From Raja brachyura (Eukaryota): 64,000 bases of DNA. The stretch spans positions 100,254,001-100,318,000 of the forward strand of contig OY740784.1 of the NCBI GenBank assembly GCA_963514005.1, read 5' to 3'. Below are positions 37,290 to 49,345 of the stretch, piece by piece; position 1 is the stretch's first letter; each line of letters starts with the position of its first letter. Both the position numbers and the translations under genes were made by a program. A model generated the notes under the pieces. The model was not told the DNA's origin. It saw nothing but the letters and a program-made list of their open reading frames with translations, and ran no database searches.

Positions 37290-37900
37290 TAGAGGCAGCC
37301 CGACTCCACACCGCAGCCCGCGGGGGACGCCGCGTGCTGGCGGCACGAAAAGGAATGGGGCTTGCCGGCTCGCCGTCTCAAGTTCGCGACGGCAGCGCGG
37401 CAGCCCCGACTCTACACCACAGCCCGCGGGGAACACCGCGGGTTGGCGGTGTACATGTAGGAGTGGGGCTTGCAGGCTCGCCGTTCAAAGTAGGAATGGT
37501 AGAGCGGCAGCCCCGACTCTACACTGCAGCCGCGGGGGATACTGCGGGCTGGCGGTGTGCTTGCAGGAGTCGGGCTTGCAGGCTCGCCGTCAGAAGTTTC
37601 AACGGCGGAGCAGCAGCCCTGACTCTACACCACAGCCCGCGGGGGAAACAGCGGGCTGGCGGTGTGCATGCAGGAGTCGGGCTTGCAGGCTCGCCGTCAG
37701 AAGTTTCAATGGCGGAGCGGCAGCCCCGACTCTACACCACAGCCCGCGGGGGTGATACTGCAGGCTGGCGGTGTGCATGTGGAGTAGGGCTTGCTGTGCT
37801 TGCCATGGGCAGCAGCCCGACTCTACGCCGCAGCCTGCAGGGGTTCTGCGGGTTGCTGGCATTCAGGGAGAAGCAGGCTTGCAAGCAAAGGCAGCCTGAC
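37290..37900 (+). repeat. Tandem array of ~106-107-bp GC-rich hairpin units in the DIRS leader
   Basis: CAGCC(C)CGACTC(T/C)ACAC anchors at 37296, 37401, 37508, 37614, 37721 and 37813. Confidence 0.88.
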
Positions 37901-38509
37901 TCCACACTGCAACTGCAGGGATTCTGTGGCCTGGCTACATTAAAGTGCCCTGCTACTCTAGGGCAAGTAGTTCAGACTGCCAACATATAAAAGTTATTAA
38001 AGCATGAGAGGCTGGTCACCATACTTCTTCAAGACCCTCAGGTAAGATACTAACTTTGAATAGCTAAGCGTCTGTATTAGAGTTTGCTTACAGAGGGATG
38101 GAGACCAGAATGAAGGCAGCGAAGCAGGTCTCCAAGGGCCGTGCGACTTCAGATGGGAGTCAGCGGCCACCATTCCAGGAGAACGCGGAGGTCGGGGAGC
38201 CCTGCGCAGCCAGGACCCGTCTCTCCACCACGGCTGACCATGGGGCCGCAAAATGGTGGAGCACCGCGTGGGAGCAGGGTAGGCAAGACCTGGACTCCCT
38301 ACCACTCTCACCTATGCATAGTGACTGTGGGGCAAAGGTGCGTAAACATGTGACCCGCTCGGCGGCTCGTTTTGTCTCTCCTACTATGCAGGTATCAGAG
38401 ATGGGGAGAGCTGCGCACAGGTCATGCCCCGCTGCAGTGGGAGGCATCGACATACCGCCAGGGGTAACCTGCTAGACTGCAGGCCGGTGATGGACCTGCT
38501 GGAAATCGG

Positions 38510-39040
38510 GGAGCCCTGCAGGAGCAGGAGCAGGAGGTACCGGTGTCCACCGGAACAGGCTGCCGGAGTGCAGACCGGTGGCAGCAGTTTACGGCTAGGC
38601 AACCCCATTGCTACGGGTAAAGCCGGCTATGCGCCCTCATGGACCCGTGTGGTTAAGGGTGATGGCAAGCCTGCATGGACAGCGGAGCCGGTATTGGGGA
38701 CCGGTACCGATCCTTTCCTCTGCCTTCCCACCAGGCAGAGGTGCCGCTTAGGTCCAAACGACGGCGGACTGGCGGTATGTCCGTGCAGGAGTCGTACAGC
38801 CTGCGGGAGCAGGAGGTACCGGCACTGCACCGGAACAGGCTGCCGGAGCGCAGACCGGTGGCAGCAGAATACGGTTCGGCAATCCCGTTGCTGCGGGTAA
38901 AGCCAGCCAAGCGCCGTCACAGACCCCTGGGGGTGAGGGTGATGGTGTGCCTGCACGGACCACGGAGCCGGTATTGGGGACCGGTTCCGACTCCTTTCCT
39001 CTGCCTGCTCGTCAGGTAGAGAGGCCGCTAAGGTCCGAGG
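38510..39040 (+). repeat. ~281-bp direct duplication in the DIRS gag-like region
   Basis: CGGAGCCGGTATTGGGGACCGGT at 38682 and 38963; GAGCAGGAGGTACCGG..CCGGAACAGGCTGCCGGAG.GCAGACCGGTGGCAGCAG occurs twice. Confidence 0.85.
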
Positions 39041-41089
39041 GATGCCGGGCTAGCGGGTTGTCCTTGCGGAAGTCGTTCAGCCCCGCAGGAGCGGGTGCTG
39101 ACGAGTACCTGTCAGCCACTTCGTTGAGGTGTGACCTACTGGCAGAAGCCCCAGCGACTCATCAGGGCCTGGGGAAGTCGACCTGTTGTCCGTGTGTAGC
39201 GGCAGCGGTCGCATGGCTAGGATGGAGCTAATGGTGGAGCAACTATATCAGCAGGACCTGGGTCGGCAAGAGCAGGTGTCTCAGCGGTCTGGGAGTTCGG
39301 ATCATGACCACCACCTTCAATCTCACCGTCGTCCATCGGGAGTGCTAGCATTCAACAGATGGCCGATTTGACAAAGAAGCGGCAGCAGAAGAGCCCACTG
39401 CTCTCGATCCAGAAGAAGAAGTTGGAGGTGTCGAAAATCCGAAACCTGTTTTCAGGGGTACCGCTGCACTCTACATTGGCAGTAAGTATTAATTTCTTGA
39501 CGACACACCAGTTCCTAGACCAGGTGCTTTCAGAAACCATGGAGAAGTACAAGGATCCTGGAAACTGTGTTACCCTGAACATCCCGAGGGTCGACTCAGC
39601 CATCTGAGGGAACATCATTTCCAATGCGAGGGAACAAGAGATGAAGAGGCAGAAAATTCTGAAGCTATTGGCGTCGGGCATCACGGCGCTCATCAGGACC
39701 CTCGATGGGGCAGGTGCATCCGCAGAGCAGCAGGATGCTCTAGCCCTCCTGTGTAGCACACTTCGGGAAACTGTTTTAGTCAGAGCTCCATCCGGCCCGA
39801 CATTAACCCTGAATTCGCTGGGTTGGGTCGTACCTCCACCACACCTCCAAGACAGCTGTTTGGGGAGGACCTGCCCAAGCAGGTCAAAGACGAGGCCATC
39901 AAGAACACATCTGCACCAGCTCCCCAACAGCAGAAGCCTTGTTAGGGCAGAGCCAGCATAGACTACCTCACCACACACCAGCTGCAGGAACAAGGATTTA
40001 CCGAGGCGATCGAGCAGCACCCAGCAAAGAAGGAATACTAGAAACCAGAACGTCAGGCTCGCCGGTAACCATGGAGGTAAGGGGGCCTGGTTCTCTTGGA
40101 AGTGCTGCATGCATAACCTCACAAGTAGGAGGAACGTACATACATTCTGCGGCTCTGTTTGTCACTATCCAGGGAACAGAGCTATAGCCATAATAGATGC
40201 ATGTAACAGCCTTGCTTGCGCCAGGGAACCAACTTTCGACATGCTGCTAAGCTATGGGTAAATTGGAGCTACATTCCAGCCACATAATTGGGTCGTTACG
40301 CTATCAAAGCTTGGGTGAATAAGCAAAATCTCGGCATGTATAGCAAATGCTGGACAATTACGAGCTTAAGCAGCTGCCAATCAAAGCATAATTGAGGTAC
40401 AACGGTGGATTAGCAATGGTTGTGATTGTTAAATCCCATCATTACATCAAACCTAGTAGTCGCGTTACAAACCGACGCAAGCGCCAAGGGCTGGGGAACT
40501 ACTGACACCATTCCAGGTGGGGCGGTAAATGGGATTGCATGAGTCTACTTTCTTCAATCACAAGGTATAAACTGTTTAGAAATGCTGGGAGCATGTCCAG
40601 GGCTGCACGTTAATGCACTAATCTGCAGCATACGTATGTTCGTCTTCAAAATAATACCACTGAGGAGGCATATTAAACCTTATGGGTGGCGTCAAGTTAA
40701 TATCTTGGGATGAATTGGAAACATTAATTTGGCTCTGGTGGATTGAAAGAATTGGGTTCAGCTATGTACCTTCTGGATAAGCTCAATATAGTGGCGGACA
40801 CCAGGTCACAAGTATTAATAACGACATCAAGTAGATTGAACCTCCAAATATCTTCTAAAATGATAGCCTAATATGGAATACCAGATTTCGACCTCTTTGC
40901 GTCCAGATTGAGCCATTGGATACCAACATATGTCTTGAGAACTAGATCCTGGGGCAGTGGCGATGGACGCGTTTTCGCTACGTTGGGGGGAAATGCGGGG
41001 TTTCTATGTTTTCCCCATTCTGCTTCATCAGACAGGTGCTGCAGGATACGCAACCAGGCTCTGCAACATAAAGGACCATGGATGTCCAA

Positions 41090-41755
41090 CAGCATCGTGC
41101 AGAGAGAGTCCAGTAGGAAGCAGTACCTCGCCTACATAAGGATATGGGAGGTTTCTGTAGTCGGACCTAGACCATCTACATATCTGCTATACTCTCCAAG
41201 GTGCTGGAATACTCATGGGTCGTCATTATGACGAGTCCCTCAGTTACAGTGCTGTATACAGGAGTGCATTGTCGTCCTATCGCTAGATTGGACTGGGATG
41301 AGGTAGTGTTGACCCTCCTCAGGAGCTGGTCGCCTATGATGGACTTACTCACCTTCAAAGTGCTTATGATAATGGCACTGAACACAGCTCAACAGGTTGA
41401 CTTTACAGGAATTAAACCTGGATAGAATGATCGGACCATAATAAGGTAACTTCTTTATAGAAGAATTACTTACACTACACAGACCTGGGACTACACGTCT
41501 GCAAATGGGCATCAGATATATGGAGACGGGTCTGTTTCAGCCATGGTAACCCACGTCACAGGGTGATTGTGCAGACTATCTCCAGATGACACGAGGTGGT
41601 ATTCGGTGCAGCAGGTAAGACACTAATATTTTAAATGTCATTCTATCAGGGCTGCATCCACATCAGTGGCAAGCACTATGGCGGTGTTCATGGATTTTGG
41701 CCTCGCAATAGCGAGCTGGGCCAGTGAATCTACACTTCAGCGGTTTTATAACTGA
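41090..41755 (+). pseudogene. DIRS tyrosine recombinase remnant
   Basis: LTFKVLMIMALNTAQ (box I region) and HSIRAASTS...SWASESTLQRFY (HxxR...W...Y), broken by deletions. Confidence 0.75.
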
Positions 41756-41970
41756 TTTATAACCGCTCCCGCAACGTTGGCGGATTCAGTTTTAAGTGCT
41801 GTTCCCTAAACGTTTGTCCCCGAGTTCAGGGGGTTATTGTTGTATTAACAAATGTTATTATTTTTCAGCTTGTTCAAGTCTGAAATACGTTAACATACTT
41901 CCTCCATCAGAATTACGGCAGTGTGTGAGCATGGGCGTGGTCCAGGGCATGTAATCACAGAGCTTTGAAA

Positions 41971-42083
41971 TCTTCACGAAGTCACTCACGTGACTCCGAA
42001 GTAAAATAGTAAGATTAAACAAGAACTTAACAGTTTGAAGTTTGATCTTTATTTTATGAGGAGTTGCGATGAGGGATTTCGTG
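41971..42083 (+). repeat. DIRS internal complementary region (ICR)
   Basis: First 34 nt are the exact reverse complement of 36993-37026; the rest is the reverse complement of 42218-42296 with 2 mismatches. Confidence 0.92.
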
Positions 42084-42509
42084 CCCTCCGCTCCCAACCC
42101 TCTATTATATATTCAACTGGTATGGTCAAGTTTTAATCTTACTATCTTCGGTTTGTGATCTGTGATTCCACACCGCTGCTTTGAAGAATGTCGCGCATGC
42201 GTGCCTGGCGGGGTCTTCACGAAATCCCTCATCGCAACTCCTCATAAAATAAAGATCAAACTTTAAACTGGTAAGTTCTTGTTTAATCTTACTATTAAAA
42301 ACTGATTTATTCTTTAAAGACTATGAAGAGGTTTCTGGTGGATGGTAATTTTGCTGGCTGGAGATTTATACCAGTGAAGTTCTGTGGGTATCTGTGCTTG
42401 GACTTTCATTGTTTGTGGTATACATAAATGACTTGGATGTAAAAATAAATGGGATGGTTAGTAAGTTTGCAGATGTCTGCTGGAGTTGTAGACAGCGAGG
42501 GAGACTGTA

Positions 42510-42705
42510 TACACTACCTTGCTTCCCAAAGTCAATAATTAGCTCCTTCATCTTGCTGACATTGAGTGAGAAGTTGTTGTCTGGACACCATTTTGCTCAG
42601 GTCTCTATATCCTCCATGTACTCCGACATGTCATTGTTTGACATTTGGCCTACTAGGCTTATGTCATCTGCGAGGTTGTAAATGGAGTTAGAGAAGAAGT
42701 TAGCT
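42510..42705 (-). mobile_element. Rex1/Babar RT fragment
   Basis: Minus strand reads ADDISLVG and MKELIIDFGK (KTKELIVDFRK-like). Confidence 0.6.
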
Positions 42706-42889
42706 GCCCAGAGTGATTTAAATGAACTTGCAGGTTCACTTCATAGTCACCTCATTGGTCACCTCGCTGGTAAAGACTAATATTTAAGGAAATGCAATCA
42801 AAATAGCTTAGACACATAACTGTAGTGGATTTTGAAGACATAACTTACTACAGCAACTGTAATTGTAATAGAGGGAACAAATACTTAAG

Positions 42890-43350
42890 ATGGTGGATGG
42901 GTGTTTATCCAAGATGCTGTTGAGATTGTTCAAATTGCATTTCTCCAGGCATGTGGAGAGTATTCCCCACTTTCCTGACTTTATAAAAAAATGAATATTA
43001 AAAGGCTTTAGGTTGTCAGAAAGCAACAAGATACCTAGCCTCTGAACTCCTCTTGTACTGTAACTACAGTGTTTGCATGGCTGATTTGCAGGTTAATGGA
43101 GACCCCTAGAATGTTTGCAGTGGAGATCTTGACATTTGTAAGGCCATTGAATGACAAGTGTTGGTTATTAACCTCTTTCGTTGATGATGGTCATTGTTTG
43201 ATACTCTGATGACATGAATACCACTTGTCCAATCTGTAAGTTGGCTTGTTCGCACTAAATGCACGACTGGATTGTTTCATTTACTGACTGAGTTGAGCTT
43301 GGAATTGAACATTGTGGCATAATCAGTGGATATCACCGCATCTGCCCTTA
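42890..43350 (-). mobile_element. Ancient CR1/L2-like RT remnant
   Basis: Degenerate similarity to LINE RT C-terminal coding sequence; recognised by eye. Confidence 0.45.
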
Positions 43351-44319
43351 TGGTGTGGCTAATTCCTAAAACTTTGCGATTCATTAAGATTCTTAAAGCG
43401 TTGGCAAATGGATTTTACTCAAACAACAACCCTGAAAATTCAAAAAAAGATGACTGAATAGATTCTGACTTGGTTGAATTATCTGATGTCTTTCTTTAGG
43501 AATCTCATTAACAGCCTGACCACAGAGGTTCAGCAGACAGGGCAGTCAGTTAGTTTCAACTAATACATGTCACTGTATGATCTGATTGAAACACGATTTC
43601 GAAGCAGTCATCGTTTCCTTCTTCAGTCACACAGCACATTCACAAGTTCAATCAATCCAGTCGGGGTCTCATTCTTTTTTTGTAGAAATGATTCACGTTT
43701 GCATTCCATCCAGTTTGCTTCATTCTGAAGATCCATTTAAAGTCCAGTTGGTTTCTTGAGGAAAGTTTAAGTTAAACAACTTCCTTGTTGCAAAGTTGCA
43801 TAATAACCAAAAACACCATGTTTTTTTTAACACAGAGAAGCTCAGATTAAAAAAAAAATCAAATAACCTCCCTGCTACTGACATTATACTCACTGGCTTC
43901 TAATTACTTTGGCGTCCAAACCACAGGAAGGGTCTTATAACTCATTCATGCTACAAGCTATAGAACACATGGGCTGTCCTAACCTACTTTGAGCAAAGGC
44001 CCCTTAAAGTGATCAAATATGTTCTGACACAATTTAAAAAAAGAGAGAATACTCTCCAGTCATTTAGTTGATTGGCACAATGTTGCACCATCTTACTAAA
44101 TTCCAGAGCTATGATGATACTGCAGAAGCTCCTCAGCAAAGGCAGTACTGCATGACAATTGCATTCCCAGATTCACTGTGAAGCCTGTGACATCCTGGCA
44201 GCCTCAGGTCCTCCTGTACCCACAGGCATTGTTGCAGATTGTCCTTCCTGAGAGTGAATGTAGGGGAAACAAATGGCTCAGATGAAGTTTGCACCATGTA
44301 CTCTGAAATGTTGTCAAGT

Positions 44320-45090
44320 TGGGAAAAGGGGAAGTACAACGAGATCTGGCGGTCCTTGTTCATCAGTCACTGAATGTGAACATGCAGGTACAGCAGGCAA
44401 TGAAGAAAGTGAATGGTATATTGACCTTCAGAACAAGGGAGGTTTAGTATAGGAGCAAAGAGGTCCTTCTACAGTTGTACAGGGCCCTAGTGAGCCAAAA
44501 CCTGGAGTATTGTGTGGGGTTACACAAAAAGCTGGAGAAACTCAGCGGGTGCAGCAGCATCTAAGGAGCAAAGGAGATAGGCGACGTTTCGGGTCGAGAC
44601 CCTTCTTCAGTATTGTGTGCAGTTTTGGTCTCCAAATTTGAGGAAGGACATTCTTGCTATTGAGGCAGTGCAGTGTAGGTTCACAAGGTTAATTCCCAGA
44701 ATGGCAGGACTGTCATATGTTGATAGAATGGAGCAGCTGGACTTGCTTAGAAAGATGAGAGGGGATCTTATTGAAACATATAAGATTATTAAGGGATTGG
44801 ACACGCTAGAGGCAGGAAACATGTTCCCGATGTTGGGGGAGTCCAGAACCAGGGGCAACAGTTTAAGAATAAGGGGTAGGCCATTTAGAACGGAGATGAG
44901 TAAAAACTGTGCAATTCTCTGGATGCTTTCAGGAGAGTTAGATAGAGCTCTTAAAGATAGTGGAGTCAAGGGATATGGTGACACAAGGCAGGAACGTGGT
45001 ACTGATTGTGGATGATCAGTCATGATCAAATTGAATGGCGGTGCTGGCTCGAAGGGCTGAATTGCCTACTCCTGCACCTATTGTCTATTG
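44320..45090 (+). mobile_element. CR1 3' fragment containing a short Penelope insert
   Basis: QFWSPNLRKDILAIEAVQ..FTRLIP; 3' UTR ending CCTATTGTCTATTG. Confidence 0.9.
44517..44610 (-). mobile_element. ~93-nt Penelope terminal fragment beginning at a hammerhead core
   Basis: Minus strand CTGAAGAAGGGTCTCGACCCGAAACGTC...TTTTTGTGTAACCC; 11-bp TSD AGTATTGTGTG (44506-44516 and 44609-44619). Confidence 0.85.
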
Positions 45091-45216
45091 CACAGACCAG
45101 CAGGATGGAGTATTCATAGCATCTTTAAACTTTCCCTACTCCATTCATGATTCTCATCTAACTCCACCTCCGCAGCAAGGATGAATGGACTTACACTCTG
45201 CGCATGATACCCAATG

Positions 45217-46580
45217 TTTTAGTTTAGGCTAGTTTAGAGATACAGAGCGGAAACAGGCACTTTGGCCCACACCGCCCAGTGATCCACACATATTATCACT
45301 GCTCTACACACATTAGGGACAATTTTTTTCGCATTTATACATTTATACCAATTAACCTACAAACCATATAACCATATAACCACATAACAATTATAGCACG
45401 GAAACAGGCCATCTCGGCCCTTCAAGTCCATGCCGAACAACTTTTTTCCCTTAGTCTCACCTGCCTGCACTCATACCATAACCCTCCATACCCTTCTCAT
45501 CCATATGCCTATCCAATTTATTTTTAAATGATACCAACGAACCTGCCGCCACCACTTCCACTGGAAGCTCATTCCACACCGCTACCACTCTCTGAGTAAA
45601 GAAGTTCCGCCTCATGTTACCCCTAAACTTCTGTCCCTTAATTCTAAAGTCATGTCCTATTGTCTGAATCTTCCCTATTCTCAAAGGGAAAAGCTTGTCC
45701 ACATCAACTCTGTCTATCCCTCTCATCATTTTAAAGACCTCTATCAAGTCCCCCCTTAACCTTCTGCGCTCCAGAGAATAAAGACCTAACTTATTCAACC
45801 TATCTCTGTAACTTAGCTGTTGAAACCCAGGCAACATTCTAGTAAGTCTCCTCTGTACCCTCTCTATTTTGTTGACATCCTTCCTATAATTGGGCGACCA
45901 AAATTGTACACCATACTCCAGATTTGGTCTCACCAATGCCTTGTACAATTTTAACATTACATCCCAGCTTCTATACTCAATGCTCTGATTTATAAAGGCA
46001 AGCATACCAAAAGCTTTCTTTACCACCCTATCTATATGAGATTCCACCTTCAAGGAACTATGCACGGTTATTCCCAGATCCCTCTGTTCAACTGTATTCT
46101 TCAATTCCCTACCATTTACGTCCTATTTTGATTTGTCCTGCTAAGGTGTAGCACCTCACATTTATCAGCATTAAACTCCATCTGCCATCTTTCAGCCCAT
46201 TTTTCCAACTGGCCTAAATCACTGTAGACTTTGGAAATCCTCTTCATTATCCACAACACCCCCTACCTTGGTATCATCTGCATACTTACCACCCCTTCAT
46301 CCAGATCATTGAGTACATGACAAACAACAAAGGACCCAACACAGAACCCTTGAGGCACCCCACCAGTCACCTGCCTCCAACCCGACAAACAGCCATCCAC
46401 CATTACCCTCTGGTAAACCTGTACGTCTTTGGAGTGTGGCAGGAAACCGAAGATCTCGGGGAAAAGCCAAGCATGTCACAGGCAGAAGGTACAAATTCCG
46501 TACAGACAGCACCCATAGTCAGGATCAAATCTGGGTCTCTAGCGCTGTAAGGCAGCAACTCAATCCCTACGCCACCACGC
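45217..46580 (-). mobile_element. HE1/V-type SINE split by a CR1 insertion (arms 45217-45365 and 46415-46580)
   Basis: tRNA-like head at 46500-46580, V-domain, CR1-like tail; AACCTAC-AAACC|TGTACGTCTTTGG rejoins across the insert. Confidence 0.82.
45366..46414 (-). mobile_element. 5'-truncated, comparatively intact CR1 with (ATATGGTT)n tail
   Basis: 215-aa open C-terminal ORF 45457-46104 (LYKALVRPNLEYGVQFWSP...FFTQRVVAVWNELP); AAACC at both junctions. Confidence 0.92.
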
Positions 46581-47184
46581 TGTTCAATCTCTGGTGCTAG
46601 ACTATTAAACCATTAGTGATCTCCTTATGACTGCAGTTGCTGGAAGCTGGAAGAAAAAACAAAATGCTGGAGAAAGTAAGCAATTTGAGCAGCATGCACA
46701 AGGAAAGGGAATTGTCGACATTTTGGGTCAAAACCCTGCCTCAGGACCTCTAATCCAAGAGTTTAACATCTTGATGGACAGAATACATGTTACTCCCATT
46801 TAAATGACTAAATAACAGAACAGAAATCAGTATTTTCACCATCAGTGATGCATACATTTTTGCAGGGATACATTCCTCACCTCTGCCGAGAGCAACTGAT
46901 GAGAAATGTGTTGTGTTTTATCTGGGCATTGCCAGACTCTCCTGCTATTTTAGAGATGTTTGAAGGCAATAATTGCATAGTTCTCACTGGTCTATTTCAC
47001 TTTCTCCTCTGTGCTCATTCACTGAGCTCTTGCAATTCATTTCACCTCATTGTTCATGTTTCCTCCGGCTCACAATCAAACTCAACATCTGCCATCAATC
47101 TGAAAATTCCCTTGAAAGTTGATCAGCTTGATAGGTTTAACGCTTTCTTTCTGTCACCATACATGTAACTTTACCTACAAAGCA

Positions 47185-47351
47185 NNNNNNNNNNNNNNNN
47201 NNNNNNNNNNNNNNNNNNNNNNNNNNNNNNNNNNNNNNNNNNNNNNNNNNNNNNNNNNNNNNNNNNNNNNNNNNNNNNNNNNNNNNNNNNNNNNNNNNNN
47301 NNNNNNNNNNNNNNNNNNNNNNNNNNNNNNNNNNNNNNNNNNNNNNNNNNN
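47185..47351. other. Assembly gap (167 N)
   Basis: Run of N. Confidence 1.
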
Positions 47352-47514
47352 CTGTCTTTGAAATTTATTTTAACATTTCTCCTTCATTTAAAGACATTCA
47401 CTGTTCATGAAGCCAAACTTGAGCTCATGCTGATCATAGTGAGTCTCATCAAAGCCTACTTATGACCCACTTCTGCTTCTCTCTAATGCACAGATCTCTC
47501 TTGGTCATTGTCAG

Positions 47515-47790
47515 GGTGTCATATGGCATGGAAATAAATCCTTCTCCCCATGGAACCACATTGACCATCAATCGCCTATTTACATTAGCCCTACTTATTC
47601 CCATTTTATTCTTCCACTATCAATCACCTACATATTAGAAGCAAGTTACAGTGGCCAAACAACAAACTGACCTAGGTTTGGGGAGCCATGGTGTTACAGA
47701 AAGAACACAGATAGCACCAAATGTTAGGATTGAACCTGGATAGCTGGAGCTGTGAGGTAGTAGCTCTACTAGATACACTGCTGCACCTTG
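47515..47790 (-). mobile_element. Decayed HE1/V-type SINE
   Basis: Minus-strand head GGTGCAGCAGTG..GTAGAGCTACTACCTCACAGCTCCAG..GGTTCAATCC (A/B box-like). Confidence 0.65.
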
Positions 47791-47971
47791 TACTTCAAGA
47801 GCAGGGACATCTATGTGCCTTTCTGAATAGTGTGGCGATTTCTCCTGCTGCCGCGTAGCCTCTCCCATCTCACAATGGCCACAATGGGTGCACCAATGCA
47901 TCATGGGGAGCGTGCTTCCATAGACTCATGCCTCCTGTAGCAACTGCTCAGCAAAGTGTTAGAAATATACT

Positions 47972-48337
47972 CATACAGTCATAAGTGATAGGAGCAGAAT
48001 TAGCCCTTTCGGCCCATCATCTACTCCGTCATTCAATCACGGCCGATCTATCTCTCCCTCCTAACCCCATTCTTCTGCCAACTCCCCAAAACCTCTGACA
48101 CTGTACTAATCATGAATCTTGATACTGCGTGGGTATCTCTGCCTTAAAAACATCCACTGTCTTGGCTTCCACAGTCTTCTATGGCAAATAATTCCACAGA
48201 TTCACCACCCTCTGATGAAATAAATTTCTCCTCATCTCCTTCCTAAAGGAGCGTCTGAGAAATTCTCAGGCTATGACCTCTAGTCCTGAAAGCTCCCACC
48301 AGTGGAAACATCCTCTCCACATCCACTCTATCAAAGC
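47972..48337 (-). mobile_element. CR1 3' end fragment
   Basis: Homologous to 27600-27820 (CATAAGTGATAGGAG.AGAATTAG..; TTCCACAGATTCACCACCCTCTG). Confidence 0.8.
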
Positions 48338-49039
48338 CGAACACTGCATCAAATATATATTTGAAATATGATGTGCTTTCTTTCCATTTACTTCCCAATT
48401 TGGAGCTGGTGCTAACAATCATTCTTTAGTTCATTAAAACTTCCTCTTTTTTTGCCCTATTTTCACATGTGTTTTTTGTTCTCCTGGCCTTTCTCTCTCA
48501 TGACAGGCCACTGTCCTGAGAATTCCACAAACAATGGAAATTGGTCAATGCTCTGTATGAGTATTTTAAAAATCACATGTAGCGTCCTTGAAGTAAAATG
48601 ATGAACACAAGCAAAATACTGCATTCAATTAATTGTTAAAATGTTATAACATCTTGCAAACTATGAACAATTAAAATTGGTTAGCAGTCTATATGAGAGT
48701 AGTTTCAAAGTCTCAGTAGCTCCCTTAGAGCAAAATGAATGCAAAGGAAATGTTCTCTTCCAATTGAAGTAATTGGTACAATATTGTTAAATTCTGTAAA
48801 ATACTCCATTTCCAGATGCAATCCAATTTTCCACTGATCTTAATAAGCCCCCCATAATTAGGGCATCATAGTTATGTTGGGGATTTTTTTTTGTTTAATT
48901 AAGAAAACCATAACTTGATCTGCTAATTATATGGGTTCAGAATCTCAGGATGTTCCTCTGATCTTAATTGAATAAGATATGCCAATGAATCCTTTAACTT
49001 TTCCCATGATCATGCATTGATTCACAGACACACTAATTG

Positions 49040-49345
49040 GGATTGCATGGTGGCACTGGGGTAGAGTTGCTACCTACAGTGCCGGAAATTCAGGTTCAAT
49101 CCTGACTACGGGTGTTATCTATATAGAGTTTGTACGTTCTTCCTGTGACCGCGTGGGTTTTCTCTGGGAGCTCCGGTTTCTTCCTACATCCCAAAGACAT
49201 GCAGGTTTGTAGGTTAATTGGCTTCAGTAAAAATTGTAAATTTTCCCTAGTGTGTCTAGAATAATGCTAGTGCAACAGCATTGCTGGTTGGTGTGGACTC
49301 ACTGGACTGAAGGGCCTGTTTCTGCGCTGTATCTCTAAACACTAC
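49040..49345 (+). mobile_element. HE1/V-type tRNA-derived SINE, full length
   Basis: A-box TGGCACTGGGG, B-box GGTTCAATCC, V-domain GGGTTTTCTCTGGGAGCTCCGGTTTCTTCC, CR1-derived tail GAAGGGCCTGTTTCTGCGCTGTATCTCTAAAC. Confidence 0.85.

Larger units (their letters stand above)
36993..42296 (+). mobile_element. DIRS1-type tyrosine-recombinase retrotransposon, coding-decayed with intact termini
   Basis: ITRs 37017-37052 and 42188-42223; ICR 41971-42083 complementary to both ends; remnants of RNase H (TDASAKGWG, INCLEMLG), MT-like domain (PDFDLFAS, DAFSLRW..FYVFP) and YR (HSIRAASTS..SWASESTLQRFY). Confidence 0.92.
36240..42500 (+). mobile_element. Old CR1 RT fragment split by the DIRS element (arms 36240-36992 and 42297-42500)
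   Basis: SKYFAFVF, PLFKKGSRYNPGNYR and HGIHSDLVI on the left; LFVVYINDLD..SKFAD on the right. Confidence 0.8.

Noticed and set aside
37290-37900. CRISPR-like repeat array
   Set aside because: The units are whole tandem duplications without unique spacers, there are no cas genes, and the context is a eukaryotic DIRS element.
37226-40122. Long GC-rich ORFs (254 aa, 256 aa) as host genes
   Set aside because: They derive from tandem repeats and off-frame or antisense reading of decayed DIRS gag; high GC suppresses stop codons.
47119-47361. ORF across the N run
   Set aside because: Assembly-gap artefact.
49040-49120. tRNA gene
   Set aside because: The A/B boxes belong to a SINE head followed by a V-domain and LINE tail; no cloverleaf.
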